This document shows positions 22,300-35,896 of a stretch of 35,896 nucleotides of DNA, piece by piece. Position numbers and translations under genes: made by a program. The DNA comes from Eledone cirrhosa. Taxonomy: Eukaryota. The DNA lies in NCBI GenBank assembly GCA_964016885.1, contig CAXHJY010001476.1, forward strand, positions 1 to 35,896. Reading direction: 5' to 3'. Below the pieces are notes generated by a model. It was not told the DNA's origin. It worked only from the letters and a program-made list of their open reading frames with translations, and did no database searches. How positions within the stretch are numbered: position 1 is the stretch's first letter; each line of letters starts with the position of its first letter.

Positions 22300-25200
22300 C
22301 TATTTCAGAGCATTTATTCCAATTTCTAATTTCTGCCGGACCGGCAACCGCTCTTTCAAACCAGTTCCTGTACACAGCTAAGTATTCTATAAGTCTCTAG
22401 CTGTGTCATTCTCGATAAAAGCACTGGATATGTAGTCCTGAAGATTTCTAATAAGAATGAAACGCGTAGATTACTTCCCTTGCTTTTATCGAGAATCTAA
22501 TTGTAATACGTGACGTATTCTATTCTATAGCGATTAGGTCTTCAAAATGTTTATTATAAACATACAGAATATTTTCGAATATTCTATGTCTATATTCACA
22601 TATATATCGCTATTTCAGAGCATTTATTCCAATTTCTAATTTCTGCCGGACCGGCAACCGCTCGTTCAAACCAGTTCCTGTACACAGCTAAGTATTCTAT
22701 AAGTCTCGAGCTGTATCATTCTCGATAAAAGCACTGGATATGTAGTCCTGAAGATTTCTAATAAGAATGAAACGCGTAGATTACTTCCCTTGCTTTTATC
22801 GAGAATCTAATTGTAATACGTGACGTATTTTAATCTATAGCGATTAGGTCTTCAAAATGTTTATTATAAACATACAGAATATTTTCGAATATTCTATGTC
22901 TATATTCACATATATATCGCTATTTCAGAGCATTTATTCCAATTTCTAATTTCTGCCGGACCGGCAACTGCTCTTTCAAACCAGTTCCTGTACACAGCTA
23001 AGTATTCTATAAGTCTCTAGCTGTGTCATTCTCGATAAAAGCACTGGATATGTAGTCCTGAAGATTTCTAATAAGAATGAAACGCGTAGATTACTTCCCT
23101 TGCTTTTATCGAGAATCTAATTGTAATACGTGACGTATTCTATTCTATAGCGATTAGGTCTTCAAAATGTTTATTATAAACATACAGAATATTTTCGAAT
23201 ATTCTATGTCTATATTCACATATATATCGCTATTTCAGGGCATTTATTCCAATTTCTAATTTCTGCCGGACCGGCAACCGCTCTTTCAAACCAGTTCCTG
23301 TACACAGCTAAGTATTCTATAAGTCTCTAGCTGTGTCATTCTCGATAAAAGCACTGGATATGTAGTCCTGAAGATTTCTAATAAGAATGAAACGCGTAGA
23401 TTACTTCCCTTGCTTTTATCGAGAATCTAATTGTAATACGTGACGTATTCTATTCTATAGCGATTAGGTCTTCAAAATGTTTATTATAAACATACAGAAT
23501 ATTTTCGAATATTCTATGTCTATATTCACATATATATCGCTATTTCAGAGCATTTATTCCAATTTCTAATTTCTGCCGGACCGGCAACCGCTCTTTCAAA
23601 CCAGTTCCTGTACACAGCTAAGTATTCTATAAGTCTCTAGCTGTGTCATTCTCGATAAAAGCACTGGATATGTAGTCCTGAAGATTTCTAATAAGAATGA
23701 AACGCGTAGATTACTTCCCTTGCTTTTATCGAGAATCTAATTGTAATACGTGACGTATTCTATTCTATAGCGATTAGGTCTTCAAAATGTTTATTATAAA
23801 CATAAAGAATATTTTCGAATATTCTATGTCTATATTCACATATATATCGCTATTTCAGAGCATTTATTCCAATTTCTAATTTCTGCCGGACCGGCAACCT
23901 CTCTTTCAAACCAGTTCCTGTACACAGCTAAGTATTCTATAAATCTCTAGCTGTGTCATTCTCGATAAAAGCACTGGATATGTAGTCCTGAAGATTTCTA
24001 ATAAGAATGAAACGCGTAGATTACTTCCCTTGCTTTTATCGAGAATCTAATTGTAATACGTGACGTATTCTATTCTATAGCGATTAGGTCTTCAAAATGT
24101 TTATTATAAACATACAGAATATTTTCGAATATTCTATGTCTATATTCACATATATATCGCTATTTCAGAGCATTTATTCCAATTTCTAATTTCTGCCGGA
24201 CCGGCAACCGCTCTTTCAAACCAGTTCCTGTACACAGCTAAGTATTCTATAAGTCTCTAGCTGTGTCATTCTCGATAAAAGCACTGGATATGTAGTCCTG
24301 AAGATTTCCAATAAGAATGAAACGCGTAGATTACTTCCCTTGCTTTTATCGAGAATCTAATTGTAATACGTGACGTATTCTATTCTATAGCGATTAGGTC
24401 TTCAAAATGTTTATTATAAACATACAGAATATTTTCGAATATTCTATGTCTATATTCACATATATATCGCTATTTCAGAGCATTTATTCCAATTTCTAAT
24501 TTCTGCCGGACCGGCAACCGCTCTTTCAAACCAGTTCCTGTACACAGCTAAGTATTCTATAAGTCTCTAGCTGTGTCATTCTCGATAAAAGCACTGGATA
24601 TGTAGTCCTGAAGATTTCTAATAAGAATGAAACGCGTAGATTACTTCCCTTGCATTTATCGAGAATCTAATTGTAATACGTGACGTATTCTATTCTATAG
24701 CGATTAGGTCTTCAAAATGTTTATTATAAATATACAGAATATTTTCGAATATTCTATGTCTATATTCACATATATATCGCTATTTCAGAACATTTATTCC
24801 AATTTCTAATTTCTGCCGGACCGGCAACCGCTCTTTCAAACCAGTTCCTGTACACAGCTAAGTATTCTATAAGTCTCTAGCTGTGTCATTCTCGATAAAA
24901 GCACTGGATATGTAGTCCTGAAGATTTCTAATAAGAATGAAACGCGTAGATTACTTCCCTTGCTTTTATCGAGAATCTAATTGTAATACGTGACGTATTC
25001 TATTCTATAGCGATTAGGTCTTCAAAATGTTTATTATAAACATACAGAATATTTTCGAATATTCTATGTCTATATTCACATATATATCGCTATTTCAGAG
25101 CATTTATTCCAATTTCTAATTTCTGCCGGACCGGAAACCGCTCTTTCAAACCAGTTCCTGTACACAGCTAAGTATTCTATAAGTCTCTAGCTGTGTCATT

Positions 25201-25698
25201 CTCGATAAAAGCACTGGATATGTAGTCCTGAAGATTTCTAATAAGAATGAAACGCGTAGATTACTTCCCTTGCTTTTATCGAGAATCTAATTGTAATACG
25301 TGACGTATTCTATTCTATAGCGATTAGGTCTTCAAAATGTTTATTATAAACATACAGAATATTTTCGAATATTCTATGTCTATATTCACATATATATCGC
25401 TATTTCAGAGCATTTATTCCAATTTCTAATTTCTGCCGGACCGGCAACCGCTCTTTCAAACCAGTTCCTGTACACAGCTAAGTATTCTATAAGTCTCTAG
25501 CTGTGTCATTCTCGATAAAAGCACTGGATATGTAGTCCTGAAGATTTCTAATAAGAATGAAACGCGTAGATTACTTCCCTTGCTTTTATCGAGAATCTAA
25601 TTGTAATACGTGACGTATTCTATTCTATAGCGATTAGGTCTTCAAAATGTTTATTATAAACATACAGAATATTTTCGAATATTCTATGTCTATATTCA
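22300..25698 (+). repeat. 310-bp tandem array, 11 units, each with a hammerhead ribozyme (retrozyme-like)
   Basis: Units start at 22301, 22611, 22921, 23231, 23541, 23851, 24161, 24471, 24781, 25091 and 25401, with only scattered substitutions. TA flanks both sides. Confidence 0.97.
22432..22474 (+). ncRNA. Minimal type I hammerhead ribozyme (310-bp unit, first of 11)
   Basis: GTAGTC-CTGAAGA-T-TTCT-AATA-AGAA-T-GAAA-CGCG-TA/GATTAC: palindromic CGCG helix III, GUA triplet (predicted cut 22468/22469). Further copies start at 22742, 23052, 23362, 23672, 23982, 24292, 24602, 24912, 25222 and 25532. Confidence 0.9.
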
Positions 25699-25759
25699 TA
25701 TATATATATATATTTTATATATATATATATATTTTATATATATATATGTATATATATTT

Positions 25760-25790
<31 letters not shown>

Positions 25791-25792
25791 TT

Positions 25793-25961
<169 letters not shown>

Positions 25962-26027
25962 GTATATATATAAATGTAAGTATGTATGTATACGTACATA
26001 CATATATGTATACAGACGTACAGTAGC

Positions 26028-26058
<31 letters not shown>

Positions 26059-26255
26059 AGTATGTATATATAAGCATGTATATATATATATATATATATA
26101 TACATGCAGGTACACATACATATATGCACGCATCAGTTTAGCAGACGCTTATTATAGCGCTGCTTTGTTCGTTTGTCAACAAACTGAACAGCCTGAATCT
26201 ATGCCATACGGTGTTAAGGCAACCACGTCACCTTTTTGTTCAACACTGACACAGG

Positions 26256-26300
26256 AACGATGTACTAGTTTCAAGCTTGTTAGCTATCATCAGCACCGTT
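26256..26300 (-). ncRNA. Minimal type I hammerhead ribozyme (497-bp unit, left copy)
   Basis: Minus strand reads AACGGTG-CTGATGA-T-AGCT-AACA-AGCT-T-GAAA-CTAG-TA/CATCGTT. Confidence 0.88.
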
Positions 26301-26540
26301 TACCCATCTGCCAGATAGTTGAACGTTCGAAAGTATATACTTTCCTTATGAAAATTAACGGCTGAGCAGCCTAATTTGCATATTGAGTGAGTTAAATCGG
26401 TCAGGCATACCGAAAACGATAAGTTGAAAAAAATGAAAACGAAAAACGAAATTTCATTTCTCACTCTTAGCATGGCACTTACTTAAATGTAAGTATGTAT
26501 GTATACGTACATACATATATGTATACAGACGTACAGTAGC

Positions 26541-26602
<62 letters not shown>

Positions 26603-26752
26603 GCAGGTACACATACATATATGCACGCATCAGTTTAGCAGACGCTCATTATAGCGCTGCTTTGTTCGTTTGTCAACAAACTTCACAGCCTGAATCTATG
26701 CCATACGGTGTTAAGGCAACCACGTCACCTTTTTGTTCAACACTGACACAGG

Positions 26753-26797
26753 AACGATGTACTAGTTTCAAGCTTGTTAGCTATCATCAGCACCGTT
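26753..26797 (-). ncRNA. Minimal type I hammerhead ribozyme (497-bp unit, right copy)
   Basis: Same motif as 26256-26300, offset by 497 bp. Confidence 0.88.
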
Positions 26798-27061
26798 TAC
26801 CCATCTGCCAGATAGTTGAACGTTCGAAAGTATATACTTTCCTTATGAAAATTAACGGCTGAGCAGCCTAATTTGCATATTGAGTGAGTTAAATCGGTCA
26901 GGCATACCGAAAACGATAAGTTGAAAAAATGAAAACGAAAAACGAAATTTCATTTCTCACTCTTAGTATACATACTTACATTTAAGTAAGTGCCATACTA
27001 AGAGTGAGAAATGAAATTTCGTTTTTCGTTTTTCGTTTTTCGTTTTCATTTTTTTCAACTG

Positions 27062-27098
<37 letters not shown>

Positions 27099-27117
27099 GT
27101 ATATGTATATATATATG

Positions 27118-27148
<31 letters not shown>

Positions 27149-27159
27149 GTATATATATG

Positions 27160-27264
<105 letters not shown>

Positions 27265-27278
27265 GTATATATATATGA

Positions 27279-27332
<54 letters not shown>

Positions 27333-27343
27333 GAATATATAAT

Positions 27344-27376
<33 letters not shown>

Positions 27377-27431
27377 GTATATATATATGTATATATATAT
27401 ATATATGTATATATATATCTATAAATATATG

Positions 27432-27506
<75 letters not shown>

Positions 27507-27522
27507 GTATATATGTATATAT

Positions 27523-27592
<70 letters not shown>

Positions 27593-27613
27593 GTATATGT
27601 ATATATATATGTA

Positions 27614-27644
<31 letters not shown>

Positions 27645-27653
27645 ATATAGATA

Positions 27654-27877
27654 ATTTTCTAATTGGATACCCTAACACTGGATACCAACACTGAATACAC
27701 CTGAACTTCTACCAGGAAATCTTTCGTTGTCATTTCTGCTTGCATTTTACATATATAGATATATATATCAATGGTTGCGTGGACCCCTCTTAAAGATTCG
27801 TTGGATTTTCTAATTGGATACCCCGAAACTGGATACCAATTACTGAATACACCTGAACTTCTACCAGGAAATCTTTC
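27654..27877. repeat. ~72-bp imperfect direct repeat (period ~150 bp)
   Basis: attttctaattggataccc...ctaccaggaaatctttc at ~27654-27725 and ~27805-27877. Confidence 0.85.
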
Positions 27878-28199
27878 ATATCAGTGAAAATTTTCTTTTC
27901 TTTGCTTCATATATATATATTATATATACTTGTTCGCCATTGCAAAAGGCCATAAATTCAAAATTTTGAAGAGAGAGGAAAAGAGAGAAGTGATCTATGA
28001 ACTTGTAACATCTCACTGACACCCCCGTCACCACACTAACAATAACGCCTACACTCGCTCCCCACCATCACCACATTACTCTAAGGTCGCTGTCCTGTCC
28101 CCTGTTGACATACTGCTGACTCTCTTTTGATGTATGTATGTGTATATACATATGTGTATGTGTGTGTATATGTATATCTCAGTGGATGCGACCAGATTT

Positions 28200-28556
28200 C
28201 AACACAGCAACAACTACAACAACAACAGCAGCAACACCAACAACAACAACAGCAACAACACCATCGTCTGTGTTGAATGTGTGTGTATGTATTTGTATAT
28301 ATGCGACAGCAATAACAGCATCAACACCATTGTCTGCAGCAACAGCAGCAGTGAAATGAAGGACAACAACAACAGTAACAACTACAATAACAACTACAGC
28401 ACCAACAACTGCCACCACCATCACTGACCATCCACCACCACTACGCTGATACCATCCACCACCACCACACTGACACCATCCACCACCACCACACTGACAC
28501 CATCCACCACCGCCATTACCAGCGTAAACAAACAATTATTATTGTTATTGTTATTA
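28200..28556. repeat. Low-complexity (CAA/CAG)n and (CCA)n region with ~24-bp minisatellite
   Basis: ccatccaccaccaccacactgaca-like units at ~28428-28510, preceded by CAA/CAG runs. Confidence 0.85.
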
Positions 28557-28789
28557 TATACAAGCCGAACTGGACTGGGAAAGGTCAACAGTTGACATGA
28601 TAGTGATTTTGACGATTTTGACTTTGATTTTGTATCGGTACTGTCGGTAATATATGTATATATATATATGTTTGTGAGTGGTGTGCGTGATTGTATGCAT
28701 GAATGAGTGTTGGTATGTGTGGTTGTGGTTTGTATGCATGAGTATTAGTGTGTGAGTCGTGTCAATAATTTTTTTTTTTTTTTTTTTTA

Positions 28790-31700
28790 TAATGACCATG
28801 CTGTAAAATGGAGGGGTAGAGAGGGCCCTTGAGTCTAGTAAGACATCCTCTCTAGTGCTGGTGGCACAAATAAAAGCACCCAGTCCATGCTGTAAAGTGG
28901 CGCTGGTGTTAGGAAGGGCATCCAACCAGTGTATCAATGCCAAAAAGCTTATCAGCACAGTAACAAAACAGCATAGAAAAATATGAAGACGTCGCATCTC
29001 AGAGTTGCAACACTTAATGTTGGCACTCTCAGAGGTAGGTCTGCTGAAATAGCGGAGATGCTGGAGAGAAGGCAGGTGGATGTGTGCTGCGTGCAAGAGG
29101 TGAGATGGAGGGGTGCCTCTGCGAGACTAGTCGTAGGCAAGCGTCTTAGCTATAAGCTATTCTGGGTAGGTAAGGATGATGGGTTAGGGGGAGTAGGCAT
29201 TTTCCTGGCTGAGAAATGGATCAATAAGACAATAGAGGTAGTTCGAGTTAGTAATCGAATAATTAAGCTTAGATTAGTTGTAGGTAGGAGACTACTGACA
29301 ATCATCTCGGTCTATGCTCCCCAAGCAGGCCTAGGCAAAGATGAGAAAGACTGCTTTTATGAGCAACTTTTGCAAACAACCACAATGACAGAGGACGGAG
29401 ACATCGTTATGCTAGCAGGAAACTTCAATGGTCATGTTGGACAGCTCCAGGATGGTTACACTGGGGTACATGGTGGGCACGGTTACGGTTCAAGAAATGA
29501 AGAAGGAGTGAGACTTCTTGAATTTTGTGATGCAAGTACATTGACTATTTGCAACACAAACTTCCAGAAACCTGCCAATCACCTAATAACCTACAAATCT
29601 GGTGAGCACATAAGCCAGATTGACTTCCTGCTAGTTAGGCAGCGGGACAGGCAGATAGTGTCTAATACCAAAGCATACCCTGGGGAAGAATTTACCCCAC
29701 AGCATAGGTTAGTTGTTAGTGATATCTCAGTAAGCAAGAGATGGAATGAGACATATAGGAAGGTGTGGAGAAGAAAGGTCTGGAAGCTAAAAGACCTTTC
29801 ACTAAAATTCAAATTTAGGAAAGCCCTTCAAGATGTATATGACGAAAAAGAAGACGATTTAGAGACGTATGACATAGATAATAACTGGAAGTTCTTACGT
29901 GACAACTTGCTGAAGGCTACTGATGAAACCTGTGGCTGGAGCAGAGCTCCAACCAGACAGAGAGTGACCTGGTGGTGGAACAGCAGTGTAGATAAGGCTA
30001 TTAGAGACAAAAGACTAGCATGGAAGGCTTGGAATAAGGGTGAGAGTAGGGAAGAATATACAGCCACTAAGAGAGAAGCTAGACGTCAGGTGTACTTAGC
30101 ACGCAGGGAGGCAGAGAGTAGGAGGTTTGCCAATGTTCTGCGACGGGAAGATCAGAGGCGTGCGGTGTTCCACATTGCAAGGCAGTGTGTCAATGCAAAT
30201 CAGGATGTTGTTGGTGATAAATGTGTCCGGGATGATGCCGGTGTACTTAGTGTCACGAATGACCAGAAAAAGGAGGCCTGGAAATGTCATTATGAGAGAC
30301 TGATGAATGTGGAGAACGAATGGGAGAGAGAGAAATTACCCTTGGTAGATCCGACAGAGGGACCAGCTATTGAGATTGACGAATATAGGGTCCAAGAGGC
30401 GATTAGGGAAATGAAAAATGGTAAGGCGGCCGGACCATCGGGAATAGTTGCTGAGATGCTGAAGGCATCAGGGGACGTAGGCACTAAACTGGTTGCACGC
30501 ATAATCAATCAGGCTATATATGGTGGTGTCATACCCAAAGACTGGTGCAGCAGTATTCTCATAAATTGCTACAAAGGTAAAGGGGATGCTTTGGAGAGGA
30601 GCAATTATAGGGGTATAAAACTGATAGATCAGGTTATGAAAGTGGCAGAAAGGATTTTAGCACAACTAATTAGAGAAAGGGTCAAACTAGATGAGATGCA
30701 GTTTGGTTTTGTGCCTGGGAAGAGTACAACAGATGCCCTCTTCTTGGTGAGACAAATGCAAGAGAGGTTCTTAGAGAAGAATAAGCCACTATACTTAGCC
30801 TTTGTTGACCTAGAGAAGGCCTTTGATAGGGTACCCCGATCTGTCATCTGGTGGTCCCTAAGGAAGCTGGATGTTGAGGAATGGCTTGTAAGGACAGTGC
30901 AAACTTTGTACAGAGGTACTCTCAGTAAAGTCAGGGTAGGAATGGAGTTTAGTGAGGAATTCCAGATACAAGTAGGAGTACATCAGGGTTCGGTCCTCAG
31001 CCCGCTCTTGTTCATTATAGTCCTCCAAGCCATAACAGAGGAGTTTAAGACTGGCTGTCCATGGGAACTTCTCTATGCTGACGATCTGGCTCTTATGGCA
31101 GAATCAGTAGAGGAGCTAGAGAATAAATTCCGGCTATGGAAACAGCAGTTGGAAGCAAGAGGACTGAGAGTAAATCTAGCTAAGACAAAAGTGTTGATGA
31201 GTAGAAAAGAGGACAAAACCCTGATTCCGTCAGGGAAATGGCCATGTTCGATATGCAGAAAAGGAACTGGCATAAATTCTATAAAATGCACACAATATAG
31301 GTCCTGGGTACACAAGAGATGTAGCGGGATAGCAGGCAAACTAACAGGTAGGGAGAAATATGTATGCAGTAGATTTACAGGGAAATTAGACAGTAGAAGT
31401 CGCACTGATAGACACATTTTTCAAATGCGAGAGGGCGCTATAGAAGTGGTGGATAGCTTCCGGTACCTAGGAGATCAGATTAGCATGGGAGGAGGGTGTT
31501 CCGAGGCCATAGTATCTAGAATAAGGACGGGTTGGAAGAAGTTTAGGGAGCTGCTTCCTCTGTTGACGAAGAAGGGTTTCTCCCTGGGTTCGAAAGGCCG
31601 GTTGTAAGATGCCTGTGTGAGGAGCGCGATGCTGCATGGTAGTGAGACATGGGCAGCAACCGCAGAAGATATGCGACGGCTGGAGAGAAATGAGGCAAGC

Positions 31701-32079
31701 ATGCTCCGTTGGATGTGCAGTGTAAATGTGCGTGAACGACCCAGCATAAATGTGTTGAGAGAGAAACTGTGTCTGAGAGGGATAGAATGTAGTGTACGGG
31801 AGAGGAGACTGAGGTGGTATGGACATGTGATGCGCATGGAGGATGACCGATGGGTGAAGAAGTGCCAGGAAATGCCAGTTGAAGGAAGACGTGGTAGAGG
31901 TAGACCACGAAAAACATGGGCGGAGGTGGTGAGAACAGACCTCAGATCATTGAAGCTCACGGTGGAGATGACGAGGGACCGTGACGAGTGGAGAGATGCT
32001 GTGCTGAATAAGACCCGTCCCACCCTTGCAAGCAGGGAAAAGCGGACGTAAAATGATGATGATGATGATGATGATGATG
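28790..32079 (+). mobile_element. Near-full-length RTE-clade LINE with (ATG)n tail
   Basis: Putative ~190-bp 5' UTR (left boundary approximate), single APE-RT reading frame, and ATG-repeat tail ~32053-32079 directly after the stop, running into TA. Confidence 0.93.
28983..32051 (+). pseudogene. RTE ORF (APE endonuclease + reverse transcriptase) interrupted by one in-frame stop
   Basis: APE motifs TLNVGTL, VQEV, SVYAPQ, GNFNG, SQIDF, QHRLV. RT motifs NYRGIKL, QFGF, FVDLEKAFD, GVHQGSVLSP, LLYADDL, FRYLG. TAA at 31605-31607 is followed in frame by [15 protein letters not shown]...RRLRWYGH...RGRPRKTW. Confidence 0.93.
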
Positions 32080-33210
<1,131 letters not shown>

Positions 33211-34163
33211 TACTCTTTTACTCTTTTACCTGTTTCAGCCATCCGGCTGAGGCCATGCTGGGGCACCGCCCTTGTTGCTACACATTTTATCTCCAGCCTG
33301 TATAGGTTGGCCACTGGTGTAGGAGGGAGTTTGTTGCTGCTGCCCTTAGGTTTCCCTCGTGTCTTGCTGTGGGCTCATCAGGGATCCTGGATAACAAGGT
33401 GTCGATATGTTTCTTAAAGACATCCACCTCCACGTCATGCAAGTCTCGCAGATGCCTCGGCAGCCTGTTGAAGAGTTGAGGGCCCTTGAATCCCAGGCTA
33501 TTGCAATACCTGCTCCTTATTCTAGATGTGGAAGACGGGACCTTTGGCACCACACAGTGACGTCCTGTTCGACGGTTGGTCCAGCTCCCAATGCCAAAGT
33601 TTGGTGCTAGTCCCTCCAGGATTTTCCACATGTAGATCACTGCGTATCTCTCCCGTCTTCGCTCCAAGGAGTAGAGGTTCAGTTCCTTCAGCCTCTCCCA
33701 GTAGCTTGTCTCCCTCATCTTGGCAATCCTCTTGGTGTAGCTTCGCTGGATTGCCTCAAGCTCTGTGGTTAGTTTGACACTATGGGGTGACCACAGCTGG
33801 GAGCAGTAGTCCAGGCGGCTTAGGACAAAAGTCCTCCACAGTGTCAACATGGTGTCTCGATCTCTTGTAAGGAAAGTCCTCAAGATCCAGCCAGCGAATC
33901 GTCTACATGCTGTCGCCACCTTCATGATGCATCATCGCTCATGTCTATGCCCAGGTCTCGTATCGATTTTGACACGGGGATATCGGTCCCTCCTGGTCCT
34001 GTGTAGCTGTGTTCCGCTATATTTGTGTTTGTGTTTGCAGGTTTGTATTGTAGGGCTTGGAATTTGCCAGCATTAAACTGCATGTTGTTTTCTTCCGCCC
34101 ATCTGTATATGGCATCCAGATCCTGCTGTAAGAGGGCAGCGTCAGCCGGGTTTTTGATTGCCT
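33211..34163 (-). mobile_element. 5'-truncated CR1/L2-group LINE, family A copy 3
   Basis: Near-identical to copies 1 and 2, with the same 3' tail. 16-bp deletion between GATG microhomologies near 33929. Confidence 0.94.

Positions 34164-35896
<1,733 letters not shown>

Larger units (their letters stand above)
25971..27060 (-). mobile_element. ~497-513-bp tandem dimer with terminal inversion, hammerhead-bearing retrozyme-like element
   Basis: Units start at 25971 and 26484 (core offset 497; internal TA length differs). 26967-27060 is an inverted copy of the unit junction region. Homologous to the 469-bp unit in opposite orientation. Confidence 0.9.

Noticed and set aside
22300-25698. CRISPR array interpretation
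   Set aside because: Whole 310-bp units repeat with no unique spacers, there are no cas genes, and the context is eukaryotic.
27654-27877. Possible ribozyme in the 72-bp direct repeat
   Set aside because: CTGAATA and CTGAACT do not fit CUGANGA and no supporting helices were found.
28134-28535. Asn-, Thr- or Gly-rich ORFs
   Set aside because: Explained by CAA/CCA simple repeats; no domain or splice evidence.
28800-28900. HDV-like ribozyme at the RTE 5' end
   Set aside because: Could not assign the P1/P2/P3/P1.1 nested double pseudoknot.

Overview
Eukaryotic, gene-free repeat landscape. About 16 kb (~45%) is degenerate (TA)n microsatellite with TG interruptions, and almost every non-TA island is a retroelement set in TA. 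The islands are three 5'-truncated copies of one CR1/L2-group LINE, a second decayed CR1/L2-group LINE, an RTE fragment, a near-full-length RTE (APE+RT, one nonsense codon), and a Penelope-like GIY-YIG fragment between long inverted arms. The main discovery is a set of non-coding elements carrying minimal type I hammerhead ribozymes with palindromic helix III. These are an 11-copy 310-bp array, a 469-bp array, its diverged ~497-bp homologue on the opposite strand with compensatory stem changes, and a solo element with an elongated helix II: 16 hammerhead motifs in 4 families. Several share a tandem/terminal-inversion architecture with the Penelope-like fragment, suggesting retrozyme-like non-autonomous elements mobilised by Penelope-like elements into (TA)n tracts. 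The LINE tails resemble octopus repeats from memory only (unverified). Most ORF-track entries (YI/IY repeats) are microsatellite artefacts.
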